64,000 bases of DNA from Azolla caroliniana (taxonomy: Eukaryota; Plantae; Polypodiophyta). The stretch covers positions 17,484,001 to 17,548,000 of the forward strand of contig JBHGNT010000002.1 in NCBI GenBank assembly GCA_043228905.1, read 5' to 3'. This document shows, piece after piece, positions 36,201-51,300 of this stretch. The notes beneath the pieces are model-generated. The model saw nothing but the letters and a program-made list of their open reading frames with translations, was not told the origin of the DNA and made no database searches. A program made the position numbers and the translations under genes. How positions within the stretch are numbered: the first letter of the stretch is position 1; each line of letters starts with the position of its first letter.

Positions 36201-39175
36201 GATTTAATCGTCAATTGTATCTTGTTTTAGCCTTATCATGATTATTGTGAACTAGCTTAATTGTCTTATATTCAGTTACATGTGCTTTGAAATATCGTTA
36301 TTCTAACTTGGTGATTTGTTGCCAAGTGAGCATTGTCACATATTTTTGACATTGACATTAGGATAATTGACCATTGATTTACTAAAAAGAAATTACTATA
36401 AAGGACATTGATGAACATCGAGAGTCAAACTTGCAACATTGAATTCAATTACTCAGGTGCTTCATCGACCGGATGGTGTTCGAGACGAAAAGTCATGGTA
36501 AAACACACAAACACGAGGATCATGTGTGAACACAAGCTTTCCTACCCCTCGTTGAATCGTTCCATGAAGAGATGCTTCGTGGATTGACTCCATAAAGGGC
36601 CAAACCCTTTGTGGGAAACCCCACGAAAGGGGGAGGGAACTATGCCCCCTTTGTAGTTCACCAACAAGTAATAGAGCAAGGAAGAAGAGAGGAGGTGAGG
36701 CATCAGTCGCCAATCAACGTACTTGTTGTTGTCGCTTTTGTCTTGGTTGTTGCCATAGCTAGTTGACCTATGATAGGCATCCGGCCCTGAACTTGCATCC
36801 ATGTAACGTGTTGATGTCATCGTTATGTCTACATCGCCCCCTTGGTTCTCTTTGCTCACTCATTCCTACCTTAAGGACCCCACCCACAAAGTAAGAGACC
36901 TCCACTTTTCCCTAAATACTCCTACATACCAAGAAACATTTATACACATAAACACATAGACATTCACATATACACTTAAAAAAATTACATACGTACGTCT
37001 CCAATTGAACCTACATATAAATATGCATAGATGCATAAACACTTACAAAAATATAATATGCAAACAATGTACATTGGAAGGAACATAAGAGTCTCTACAA
37101 TTGACAATTACAAAGATTTCCGAAATCATCAACTTGACATTGGTTTAGGTCCTAGGTGCTCCTGCTCACGTGTACTTTACAATGTTGTATTCTCTTTACT
37201 TTTTAATGTTCCATGTCCAATTAACTCTCTGCATCCATTCTCTATATAAGAGTTATTTTAAAAAGATAGGAAACGTGTTGAGGCTAATTGATTAAAAGAA
37301 AGAGAAACGAATCAATGAATAAACCCACTTTTTGCTCTGCAGGCATTATTATTGCCTCGTTAGGTAAAATCACAACCCGAAATAATGCATATAACTCTCT
37401 CTTAGTATTAGTGGTAATTGGAGCCAATCATAGCGCTCACCTCTTTGAATATATTACTATGTAGTGTTAATCGGGGCCCATAATACCGCTCCGAATCCGG
37501 ATATAGTGCTCAATGGGACCCACAATCATTAATTAAACATAACGATAGAGCAAATAATAACTTTGTTGACCACGTTAGTTTCTATCGATAAGTGTTAAAT
37601 CTAACTACTACTGATGCTTTTGATTCAAGTATTATCGAGAATTATTGCCGGTATTAATCCAGCAATTGCTGTTAATTATCGATGTAAATTACTGTAATCT
37701 GAAAGAGAACTTGGGGAGACAGAGAGAGACAGAGAGAGGGGCCGAATCGAGCGTGCAAAAAGCACGAAATTTGAGATTGATCTGAATTGTGCCCAGAATG
37801 ACTGGTTTCCAAAGGTGTGATATAATTAATGTGTCATCTATAGAGAGAATACCAGCTCCCGGCCCATTGGGCCGAAGAGAATTGACGTGAGCAGTATTTT
37901 GTTTCAGCGCTAAAAAAGATGCCGAAAACAAGCATTTGCATGATTCACTGTCTAGACTCTAATATATATGTATACATTCCTTTGAATTTCGAGAAGTGCC
38001 TACATCTTGCACGATACCCATAATAAACTGCTACACAATTTTACTTACGCAATTTAAGATTGAGCTGATGTGATTTACACATAATTGAACCGAACCATAA
38101 TTATTGGTTTGAATTCTAGAGAATGCCTAGATATTGAATTCTCCGTAGGGTCTAATTAATGCCATCCATTGTGTTTTTTAGACGCGTTCGATATGCTCCT
38201 CAAACCATTATCGTGTGTAACCTTTGGAAGGTGCATAATTGGTTACCCACTATCCATGGGGCATACATGATTAGTGAACTTCTAGAAGTGTGGACACAAA
38301 TTACTTCAAATTCGGCACATATGTGCATTGCAGAGATTTTGGAAGATTTTTGTGAACTGCTAAAAATTCCGTTCTAGTGGAGGACTGATTTGAAGAACAC
38401 AAGAATAGATGCTTGAAATATTCGATGGTTAAATTATTAGTGTAAAGTGTAGATGGAGGAGGACAAGTTTCAAATAGAGGGGGGACAAGATTATGGACTG
38501 TAAAGTAATGATACAAATGAATCAACATTGGATCACTTTAAAATTCTCGCTTCAACTGAAACGGGTCTCGAAAGGTATGTATGTTTACGCATTCTGAAAC
38601 TGAGGGATGTGAGCCAGTTCTGAATGTGGATAAGTACGTCATAAAGTGTCTTCCAGAACTTACTGAATGTGACATTCTCCTTCGCCTGGCTAAGCCCACT
38701 GCCACCATATACATGTAACATACATACTGATACATACATACATCGATCCGGCATTAATAGTATTATAGTATGTATGTATGTATGTATGTACATATGTAGT
38801 AGAAGTAAGCAGATAGCTGGTGGGCTGGGGCTAACCCGCGCGTTTACGTGTCACAGACACAGACACAGACACAGACACATGAACATATAACATAATAATA
38901 ATCGAATTTTAAAATACACATTTGTTCTTTTTTAAAAGGCACACACACTCTGGTGGTCTCTCATAGACCGTCCCGTCCGTCCGTCTCTTTCGTTCCCGGG
39001 CCTTCATTTCATTGTTGCTGCTTTGATCGTCCTTTTCTTTGCCTGCGGCTGCAGGAGGGACACACACACACACACACACAGACAGAGTGTGACACAGCCT
39101 GCTCCTGCTGCGCAGAGAGAAGAAGAAGCGGAAGAAGAAGAAGAAGAAGAAGAAGAAGAGGGAGGGTCGGTCGGG

Positions 39176-39357
39176 ATGGGGCGATGCAAGATAGAGATAA
39201 AGCGCATCGAGAATGACAGTACCCGACACGTGACCTTCTGCAAGCGGCGCGTGGGGCTGGTGAAGAAGGCACGTGAGCTCTCCGTCCTCTGCGACGCCGA
39301 CGTGGCCCTCATCATCTCCTCCAGCTCCGGCAAGCTCTACCACTTCGCCAATCCCCG
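39176..39357 (+). CDS. MADS gene exon 1 (MADS domain)
   Basis: ATG at 39176, donor CG|gtatct; SRF/MEF2-type domain. Confidence 0.95.
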
Positions 39358-42300
39358 GTATCTCCTTCCATCCATTCCATTCCATCCATCCATTACTCTT
39401 CTTCTTCTTCATTACTCAATCCATCCATCCATTCTTTTCTTCATAAAAGCTCCTTTTCCTCTACCTGCAGTGATCTAGCCGCACCTAATCACTCCCCTCC
39501 CCTCCCCCCATCTTCTTCAACATACTGATGCTTCGTGTGTGTGTGTGCCAATCATACTAATAGTCACGACTTCTTTCTTGCTTTTCGTTCTTTCTTTCTT
39601 TCTTTCTTTCTTTGCAGCAGGTTGGAAGATATCGTTCAGCGCTACTTCTGTCAAAGTCGACCAGAACCTGCAAATGACCTACTGCAGTCTGTCTCCCTTG
39701 ATTGCCAGCTCCAGCTCCAGCTCCAGCTGCCGGTCCCGCCTCTTCATCCTGTGAGTCCTCGTCTTGACTTTGACCTTCTTAATCTACCCCTGCGTGCGTT
39801 CATGTAATGGAAACGATAGATCCTACTCTTCTTCACCTGTGCTTGACTTAAGCCTACCTGGCTGTGATCTTTCTTCATTACTCAGACCTTGGGGTCGTGC
39901 TTCATATTAGGAACCAACTCTGAATCCTGCTTGACTGCCGATCATGCCACCATTTTGTTTAGTGTGTGTGTGGCAGGCACATCGTGGATAATCGATTCAC
40001 CAGCAGGTGGGAGAAGGAGACTGACCAGCTTGAACATCCACCATCATGTTGACTAGACCATGGTTCTTGTGTGTTATTGCATCGCTTCACAGAACAGATG
40101 ATTCCATTTAGTCCTTGGTTCCGGATCATTCATTCATACCCACCACCGTATTTTCCAACTTGCCTTACATGAGTAGAATCAATCGTGGACTCCAAGATTG
40201 GGCTTGTCATATTGTCATCACTCATCACTATGCTTCAGGGAGGAAGGGGGGGGGGATAGCTAAAGGATTATGTGCATTCTGCTACCCGAAACCCTATATC
40301 ACATCACAAGACGCTTCTTCTAAGGATCATTGAAACTGAAATATTCACATTGTGGTGTATTTATTAATCGTCTTCTAAGACGCCAAGACGAGAATCATGT
40401 CGGCTTCATTGGAAGAACAAAACTGTAAGAGGCAGAGAAACTTGTTCATAAAGAGTTAGTTATGTATTTGACAGCGAAGTGGAGGGGATATTGGGCCATT
40501 CAGCATGTGCCTCCATCCTGAACTTCATACATACCCTATTGGAACCCTAGTTCTTTTGATTCTCTGTGATGCTGGCTTCATATTGATGCTCTCTTTAAAT
40601 GCGATGATGGCACGGGGGTGCCCTCAATCCTCTGGCTGCTTCATTGGCGTAGGTTTGGGGGGTATATTGATTGACAAGTAAGTTCTTCACATTACCCCTC
40701 GCTGCCTACTTTCGAAAGAATATCATGAGTAGTATCATCTAAAACAAAAGTAAAGTCCTCCCTCCTCTGATAGTTTGTCTAATTCGTTTGCTAATCTCTC
40801 TTCCTTCACTCTGTGTCTCTCCCCCTGCCTGGATCATATGTTATCCTGCATTATCCACCCCTCCATGCTTTTATAGCTTCCTTGATGAACAAGTGGGGCA
40901 TCGATTGCTTTGAATGCAACTTGAGAACACGTTTTGATTCTTCTTCGATCAAACGTGCTCCAATATGATCTGCCAATCCGTATGTGTGAACTGCCTGAGT
41001 CCTATGAAGTATGAACATAAAAATGATGACAATCTCAGGCATGGTTTCCTAGACAATCCTGATTGCACTCGTTCAGCTAAGCATTTCAGGTTTTAGTTTC
41101 GGAAACTTTCTTAACAACCCTATCTTTTAAACCTGGTCGTATGTCTTCGTGATTGTGAGACATCCCTATACGAAGATATAATATGATTAGCACATGCCCA
41201 CATGTACTCACGATATTGCAAAAACGCTAGTCAAGTACTGGATCATTAGTGTTGTTCCTAGCATTTTTAATGCAGGTTTAGCTTCTACATTTTGCTGAGG
41301 ATATTGACTAGAATGGCGCATGAAATGGGAGAGTTCTGGAAATGAATCCTAGTTTACAGATTGATGCATTACCAATCAACCATCAGCACGTGAACCTACA
41401 ATATGCTAGCCCATGTACGATTGTTGGACTTTGGAATGCAGTTTTTCTGTTAAGTTACAATAGACAATTAGCACAACCCACCACAATTTTAGGTCTGCGG
41501 CTGGTGAAACTTAAAATAATGTATATGCTATGTGTAATTGTGACAGCTAAGTTAAAATAAGTTTGCATGGTGGATTAACTGTTAGATCCACCCACTGACT
41601 GATGTTAGGTATATGGTTGCTCCAATGCATTGTAATTAACGTATATGCTTAGTATGATCTTTATCAACAATCCTTGAATGTGAGCAAAATCTTTAGGTTT
41701 GTATGATCTGAAGAATTTAATCATGATGATGTAAGGAGGTCAACTATTAGTACAACCTACCATTTGTTAGCCGTAATGCCTTGCGTGCACTAGGCTAGAG
41801 TGCGAGACTTTAGGGAAAAGCATGCGGTTTGGACTTCTATCCGTTCACTCTGATGCTTCTTGGTACAAGCAGCAGGTGTCAATCTGGAATGACCTGTACC
41901 ATAATTATATATTCAGGCATATGACCATTATGATGAACCTATAGAACTTTGATGATTCTTATGCATTGAACTTGTTGACAATCTATGGTTTAGTTAGTTA
42001 AATGATGTCAGTGGTGGCATCGAAGAAGATGAGGGAATGTGTGTTGGGTCATTTGGTCAATGTTCATATGTATGTATGTGAAAAAGCAAGATAAATATAT
42101 AAAAGCGTCAAGCTTTTATTTATTTATTGGCTTGAGGATACAAGGCGTGAGGTCTCTCAATAGAACAGAATAACACTATAAGGTGGGCCTTGAATTTTAT
42201 TTAATACGAATCCAGTCTGAAAAGTTCCGAATATTTGTTTTTGAAATTTACTTTTTCTTCGCTTCTGTTCTGCCACTTTACTTTGGATTCGTGGTGCCGC

Positions 42301-45300
42301 GGCCCGACCTCCTCGTTTTGACTTCGATTGACGTTCTCTCTGCTTTGAAATTCGACTCCTTATTTCATCAGGGTACAGGAGAGTAATTAATTAACTATCA
42401 AGTGTTGTGTGATCTGAATTTTAAGTAGACTCCCGTCCTAATGAAGCAAAAAACTCCCGTTCCCCATAACTGAGACCAAAACCAGTTTATAACTCATTGT
42501 TTCAAGTTTTTACTCTATAAATTATACCATTTTCGGATGCATATATCGTACAATTTTGATGTTCCCGGGAGTGGGTACATCCTCTTTAAACCAGATTTGT
42601 AGTACACTAGTAAATCCTGTATGTCTACTTGTAACAGGCTGGCATGCCTCTGCGCTAGCTCTTCTACAGTAGAAGAACGTCTACTGGATTTTTTAAAGCT
42701 TCATTGCCTCATACATAGTCTATTATATGATACCGTTGGTAAAGCTGACAATGGTTTAAACGAACAAATTGGTAGATCTTCATAGCCTTGATCTCTCTGG
42801 CCAACGAAATGACAGGCAAACATGGAAAAACTCCCTCTCATCTATCTAGTTGTTAAACCTGGCTCCCAGTGTGTCTTGCTATGTGGCTCTACATTGATTT
42901 TAATTATTACGGATGCAATGTATTGCATGGATGTAATATATATGTGTGTGTATATACTCAATTCCCGCGTAAGGGATGCATGTATATTACTTACAAATTT
43001 TTGTAAGGCTTCAGCAAATCATATATGGAGACGATCAACAATAGGTAATAGGACATAGATAAGAGGAAAAAAGAAGAAGCAATGAGCAATGAATAGGAGC
43101 ACGGGACTAGACTTATGAAAAGGAAGATAGAAACTTGACCTTATTGAGGACGAGTATATTGGGAACCCTTTATTTACCATCAACCAAGTATGCAAAATAT
43201 ATTGAAGTAAATGAGCGTGAACCTGCAATTCTCTCACTTTGCCTATGCATAAAAGTCATCTTGTAACCATTCTTATAAAATTAGGTGGAACCATAAAATA
43301 TGCTAACCAATATAACTATTACAAGTGAATGGCTAGCGTCATGTTGGTTGTGATATTATCCTTTCCTTTATTGCTAACTTTTGGGGAGAGTAGGTTTGTG
43401 GGGATTACAATGGTGGAAAACTTGCAAGATGTAGGGAGCTTGGTTGGTTCAATGAGTCTCTGGATAAGAAGAGTGCTTCCATGACACGAGATAATGAAGT
43501 TGTTGCCTCACTTGTCCAGGTTCTAGGATATTGTCTACCTCAAATTGTTGTCCATATTGAAATACGATAGAACCTCATTTCATAGTTGTGTGCCATCATG
43601 TGCCAAGGGGATTTATGAAACTACCTAGGTTGTTGACACTAGGTCTAGGATGAAACACAGATTGAATAATGGAACATAAAAAATTAAGAACAAGAGAAGC
43701 TAACGCAATACTAGATTTAAATAGAACCCAATACACCTAATAATTGGTGTGGACCTTTTGAGGATGACTAGGGTGGGAACCCCCTTTATCAACAAAGAAA
43801 TATGCAAAAGGTAGGCCGTGAATGTGTGCTTCTTTAGGATTCTCCCTACAAAACGTGCCGCTACGGACTTTGTATATGCATTCAAGTTACCTTGTGACTA
43901 TTCTCATAACATTAGGTAGAACCATACAACATGCTAATGTCTAGCATCATGTTGCTCTTTACACGTGTTCTAGCATTTCATACAATTGTGTTTTTAAAAG
44001 TTTTCTCCTGTCATAATTGATCATGAACTTATGTAAGTATATCTTTGCATAATATCCATTATTTCTATTTATACATGCTATGTACCTAGATGATTTATTT
44101 AATAAACCCTTTTTTATTAAGCCACATGTTATTGTATGCTGGCATTGGTCACTATACATTCACTCTATGTTAACTCGATAACTGGCATATGGTCCCAACG
44201 TTGTCTATTCACTCACATTCCAATTGATATCTAGGTTTTGGATCCTATTATTGCGTTCCATTTCATATTGATCCATGTCTTTTCCAAGCATCCTCCATCG
44301 TCAATGCATATTGAAACATCCTAAACATGAAACCCATTGTCCCATAATTGATGCATATATGGCACAAGTGTCCAACACATTTTGCCTCCCATGGTTGCAA
44401 CACTATTGCGGTTGGAGAGATCTCTACCATTGTAGTGTATCCTATTGAAGTTCTCTGCCATTCTTCTAGTGCTGCGATACTTCTAGATCTCTCTGGAAGT
44501 TTACAACTCATGTCCCATAACATGAAAAATCTACATTTGTTGTCCAATATTTATTTATTTATTTTGAAACATTGTTCCAAATAAAATGGTGAGCATATAA
44601 GAATAATATGTTTGTCAATGTCATTAACTATGTTAGTGAGAGATACACATGCCTACTCTTTTGAGCGAGCAATATAAATATATTACATCACTATCATTGA
44701 GATATTGAATATTTAAATGGGTTCAGAGTTTTTTTGTTATAGAAATTTAAAAGTTTTGGAAAATTGTGATTTAGTTTCCCATTATGTAGCTATTTGTTTT
44801 TTGTAAAATTGTGCAAATATTTCAAAAACTAATATTGTCACCATAAGAATTCTTCTTCAAAAATTTCAAAGTTTCCTGCAACATGCATGTGTAAAAAACC
44901 GAAAGTATGCCCTTGCTTATTATGCATGCATTTTCCTAAAATCTACTAGTAACTAAGAGAGTTGAATGAAGAATAATATAATTTAAAAAGTCTCAATTCA
45001 ATGAGTTTTAACAACTATATATGCCCTTGCTCTCAACCATATATCAATTGGTTATTATGTCTATTTTAACAATTCTATTAGTGTTTTAAGGTATCTCCTT
45101 GCTCTCAACTATATATCAATTGATTATTATGTCTATATCCATTCACACTAGTTTTAAAAATCAGAGACCAATTCCAATATCAATATCCATATGCGTCTTC
45201 TATAGTTAGGGTAGAATTTCAAGTGCATCTTGTTAAATAACCATGGGTTCTCTTTAGTATCAACACACTAGGCATACAATAAGTCCTAATTTCACCAAAA

Positions 45301-48300
45301 GCACAATGTTTGTTTGTTTGTTTGTTAGTCTTAGGAAAACAAAAAACTCTCCCTTTCTCTTTTGACTGGTCCATAATTCATGCAATCTTACTTCTTAGAA
45401 AAAAATGTCTCCTACAAAAGGCGACTTAGATTTGATTTAAGCTTACATCTACAACACCAAAATATGAATTTTATGATCATGAAAAAAAACTTTGAGTTTC
45501 TTTGTAAAATATTTTCTTAGTTTATATTATCATGTGACATTGATGTGCAAGGTTTGCAAACAATGGTTTGTGGATCATAACATTTTCTAAATGAGCAAAT
45601 TTCTTAAAAGAATGTAGGATATGAGACACTACATGTAGGAAATTGAAATGTTGGCCTATTGTCCAATATGGCCCATCTTCTCTTAATTATTTTAATCATA
45701 CTTTGGTTGGGCGAATGTGATCTTATGAAACAAAGCTTCTCCGATGTATGAATTCTATGAAGCATGCGATTGAGGATCGAGGGAGTTTTGGATTTGTTCG
45801 TGCGCAACACATTGTGCTTCTCTTCATAAGCACACAATCACATGAGTTGCACTTCATTCTCAATATGCTCCAAAAACCTTCAATTACAAGAAGTCTAGCT
45901 TTCTCCCAAAATACTTCTCATGAGGGGTGACATCATGGACACCCTTGGTTGTGTACCCGTTGATGAGATACATGACTGTGACCATTGCCTCGCCCACTAG
46001 ATCTTCAACATGTTTGTCTCTTGCAACATGGCATAGGCCATCTCAAGAATTGTGCGATTCTTCTTCTTGATTCTTTAACGGGCAATATTGGCTCATAGGA
46101 CCTAAGTACAAAAGCTATCTTGATGTGACATGTCTTCTCCCTAAGAAGGGAGTATTAATACTTTGAAGCACCAAGTCTTGATGTGTGAATAAGGCATACA
46201 CATATGAGCTCGACCTTCTAAGTCTTCTCTTTAGTGTGATACTCAAGTCATTACTCCCCTCTTAATATATCATCACAAGTGATATTCATCCTCTACTAGC
46301 CCTTCCTTGCATACCTTAGATGTCTTTATATTTGGCTGATTTTGATTCTATAATGCAACTTCAATACATAGGTTGTGTGATCGAGTGTGAAGGAGTGTTA
46401 GGGCTCCACGAGAGTTAATACTCATGTTAGTAATGAAAGGTGGGGGGGTTGTGAGGGACAAAAAGAATGTGCTAGACATTTATGGTTATTTTGGAAGTAA
46501 ATCGTGGCAATCCATGCACAACTCATTTCATTTGCATCAATCAGAGTTTACCAAGGTTTACAAGGCGAACCCTTTTATGCCACAACTCGATATCAGACTC
46601 ATCCTGGAGTCCCTTTGCATACGTCATTGTGTTCACCTCGGTTGCATCTAGGATAAACATGTGACCTTCTCTTCTAACATGAGTGATAAGTTGATCCTTA
46701 TCCTCAATGAAGCAACCTTTTTGGTTGAATTGTACTTGCATTCCTTGTTGGACAATTAGGCCCTCTCAGACTAAATTCTTTGTCATTGTCGGGACATGCA
46801 ATGTGTCCTTCTACCGGGGTAAGGGAATACAATCATTCTTCTTCTTCTGGCACTCTTCTTCAAAGTGGCTAGGCTTTCCACAATACCAACACTCCGTTTG
46901 TTGGTTTTGCTTGGCTGATGCAGGCTGGTCGAAGCTCCCCCTTCTACCAAAATTTCCTTGGCTCCGTCAACCGTCTTGTTGTCTGGAATTAAATTGTTGT
47001 GGACCTCGTGCACCGTTGTCGTGAAGATTTTCGGCAACGGTGTGAAAATCGTGTGGGACAAACAAAATTGAGAAAGTGTAATGTGCACTCAAGCATTTGT
47101 AAATAAAATAAGACTAAAGCCTAGTAGCATTTAAGTGCATACATAGGGGTGGAAGCAAGGCTTGAACCTTGCACCTCGAAGATAGGAGACAAATTAACTT
47201 ACCACTAAAGCCACTACTAAGTGCTTTAAAATTTGTATATTTTCTTTTCATATTCAGTATTTTGTAGGAAGCAAACGTATAGAAACGTGGGCACAAAACC
47301 ATGGTTTTAGCCCATGGTTTTTGCATGGAGAGACCTATAAAAGGCTATAGTTGGGCTTGTGTAAGTAAAAAAAAAAACCTGTAATCAAAGATATGAGTTA
47401 TCCTAACGGTGATGTATCTTGTCTCATAAAACTAAAGTCAAGGGTTCAATATCTATCTCAATCTCTCTCAATCACTTCATCCATCTATCTATCTTCAATA
47501 CTTTCTCGCTTACGCTGTTAAAAACATCGAATCCTTCCGGTCCAGGACCCCGGTTGTCCCACTTCATTTCACGAACACGTGAGGATTTCTTAAACACCGC
47601 TTCCTAGGTCCTTCCTACCCCGATTTCTACGACCAAGATCTTTCTGCGTATATAGCACATGTTGATAAGATGTCGTGCTTTTCCACCACTAGCATGGGTT
47701 GGATGTCGAAAAAGCTCGAGGGATTCTCTCTTGTTGTTATGGAGGTCTGAAATGCGCTATACTTAAGTGTGAGGCCGTCAAGGCAGATATGAATCATTTC
47801 GTCATTGTTGACTACGACATTGATTGAGTCGAGTTAGTCAAGGGTAGTTAGGGTTTATAATATCGGGGGCTTTTTCTTGAGCTCCATCAATATAAGTCTG
47901 GTAACCCTCTCTGTTGGAAGTGCGCTACGCATATGTGGAATTTATCTTTTTGATTTAGCTTGATTCCTATGCTCCTTTTGACGTGACCCTCTTGTTGTGC
48001 AAAAACACAACAACAATGATAGCTTGTATGAACCAACGTCTCTAGCTACACACAAAGTTTCAATGATAAAGCTCGGTGAAGGATCTCCAAGCCTCACGCT
48101 TTGATACCAAGTAAAGAATCTAAGTCTCATAGAGTTGGGATATGTGGAAGCGTGCGAGTGTGAGCAAGAGAAAATAACCTAAAATAATTAAACACGCAAT
48201 AGTGAGATGACAACGTAAGCAGTAAAGAGAAAACTATATTAATTAACTAAAGATATTCAACTGATCACAATGGGCCAGGGGTGTTTTATATACAAGTTCT

Positions 48301-51300
48301 CATGGGATTGACACAATAAAGTATGCCCACACACTTTTTCATACATTGTGCTTTTCTTCATAAGCACACGTTCATAGGAATTGAGCTTGATTCTCAACAA
48401 AAATCAAATAGGAAGGGATGGGGATTGTAAGTACAAATATGATATTTGTCCACATTTTAACCATGTCAAATATAAGAGCGGTGCCAATGATGACCACCGC
48501 ATTGATGAAGTTAATAAAACATAAAATTTTAACCATGTCAAATATAAGAGGGGTGCTAATGATGACCACCACATAGATAAAGTTAATATGAATATGATGT
48601 ACATAAAACATTCATTGGTAGTGTAATAACAACATGATAATGAAGGTGGCAAATTTATGTGCAAAAAACTTTAAACATAAAATAATGAAACCCTCATACT
48701 TAAGTTTCGTGATGCATTTGGCATAAGGTGACCATCATGGTAGAATGTACACTTTGAGTAGTAAATTGGCATTGCCGAATCGTTACTTTCCAGTCTTTGT
48801 GAAATAACGTTAATGGCCAACCTTTGGAAATACTATTCTGTAAAAGTTGCTGTAATTTCAATTTCAAGGAGAAAACCTTTTAGGATGAAGGGAACGTTAG
48901 ATGTGAGCGCATTGTACAAAGGAACATTTGATGATATCTAATAGCTAATAAGGAAAATAGTAAAGAAAAAAAGCCTAAATTTGGAGTGACCTGTATTTAA
49001 GGTCATCGTTTCTTGGCAAGTTTCAAATTTTTTACAGTGAATGTATGTCTCTTGACATTAGCCAGACCGAATAGTTGAATGGCTGGCTAAGAGATGTTTA
49101 CGGAATCTTTTAGTTTGTGAAAAATACAATGAATTGTTCTTTGTAGAATTACGTCTCATGTCACATTTAAAATGGAATTTCGCTAGGTAAGCAAATTGAA
49201 AAACAAATCATTGGTTTTTAATAATAATATATTGAATCAATTGACAAAACATCACTTTCAAATAAATATTGTGCACCCCTATAAATAAATCCACCTTTGT
49301 AAAGACTCTTTGTTTGATAACCATAATTTAACTTCATTTGAGAAAATTGTGCCTCCAAATGCTCAAAAGATTTACAAAATTACCAACGGCATGTACATTT
49401 CAGATTCTCTTCATCTCTTGATTAGATAAGCTTGGTTATACATATCTCTCACACACTTTAAACTCACTATTGATTGCTTTGTGGTAAAAATTTCCATTCC
49501 ATCCCCACTAGAATTGATTGATTCCAAGTTGAAAAAATACACTGGATGGAATATGCTTTAGTAGACCTTATACACAACTCCCTACAAAACAAGCTTTAGT
49601 CTCAATGGAAGGTTGTTAGCCCATTTTTAGCTTATCAACTTTCCTGTGATACTCTTCAAATATGTGACTCAAGTATGTCACCCAACTTGAATGAAGCTCG
49701 AAATTTACTGTGTCCCTAGTCTAATCTCTCCATCTTCGACCACACACAATCCTTCCATGAATTTCTCTCAAAGACTTAGTGTGCTCTCTCAATTGCAACA
49801 ATCACTATTAAAGTTGTTGAACACTAAGAGTTGCTACTCAGTTTTACATGTACTATGTGAAAATAAAACATTGGTCTCATAGGTCATATTTGGCCTTCGA
49901 GGATGATTATAAAATCTAACATTCTATTTGTAAAAGTTATGTGTGGAAGCTATGCATACAACAGAATAACGAACAGAAGGTTTAATGGAAGGCTTAGAAT
50001 GAAAGAAAACATAGAGTACTTGGAAGAGGCAGAGAGAACAAAAACACAGAAACTTAATTCAAACAATACAATACACTTTGTACATAAGATGTGCTTAGAG
50101 AGCACTTTTATACAAGTCCATACGGACTAACATAAGTACTGACTCGTAATTCAATGCTCAATAATGAGCCCCTACATTAACTCGCAAAATATATTCCTCC
50201 GCGGAATATCTATCCAACGGCCTCCCGGTTTACGCATCGATACGACCTTTAGTTGTGTGCCTGGTTTATGCACCCAATCTACGCACTGGTTTACGCACCT
50301 AATGTTGAGCTTGTATCTTAGCACTACCCCTCAAGCTCAACTTGAGGTTCTGCCTGCTCTTTTGGTTCTTCGCTCCGACTTCTCTTGGCTTCACACCTCA
50401 GTCGCGCTCCTCAACCCATTCGATTCCGTGCGCCTCGACCCTTTCGGTTGGCTTTTCTGCTCATGCAGCCTTTCCCAGCTCCCTTACTGTCGCCGTGTTG
50501 GCGCCACTTTCGTTGCCCTTTCTTCCGCTTAGCCTTTAGTTTATTTAGTGTCCCCGAATTGAACATTCAAACCGAATCGGCTGTCTCCGATTTGTTTCTG
50601 CTTTTGTCCGATTTGTTTTTGGTCTTCAAGCCCTTGACCACATATGACCATGTCTTGGTCTTGGCCTTCTTGCTTCATCCGACTTGGCTTCGCGGTCACT
50701 TCCGTTCCTTTCTTGCTCCCTTTTCCGGTTTTTTCTCCCCATCAAGTTCAGCACGTTGAGGTGCCGCAAACCAAGCGCACCCGAGAATTGCCGCAACTTG
50801 TCGAGACCAAGGGGCTTGGTGAAGATGTCGGTGGTATGCCGATCTGTCGGAACATATAGTAGATTGACTTCATTGGAGAGGACACGCTCGCGGACAAAAT
50901 GGTTGGTGCACCTCAATGTGCTTCGTCTAGGCATGGAAGACGGGGTTTTTCGCAAGTTGGATGCTGCTGAGCTTTTCGCAGTAGATGCTCCTTCTCCACG
51001 CAAGTGGGGTTTGCTTTAGCCCGTAGAGGGATTTCTTCAGTTCGCATACCGCCGAGGTGTTCTTTCCGAACTGAAATCCGGGCGGCTGTACCATGTACAC
51101 CTGTTCCTCAAGTTCTCCTTGCAGGAACACATTTTTTAAATCCATCTGATGTAAATGCCACCCCTTTACCGCGTCTACCGCAAGCAGGACACGATCGGTT
51201 GTCATTTTCGCAACTGGCGCAAAGGTCTCATCGTAGTCGATGCCGTGTTGCTGTGCATATCCTGTCGCCACTAACCGAGCCTTGTAGTGGTTGACAGAGC

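Noticed and set aside
39023-39175. N-terminal extension of ORF 39023-39478 (THTH, poly-E) ahead of the MADS domain
   Set aside because: It is translated (CA)n and (GAA)n 5' UTR repeat sequence. The ATG at 39176 gives the standard MADS start and 182-nt exon.
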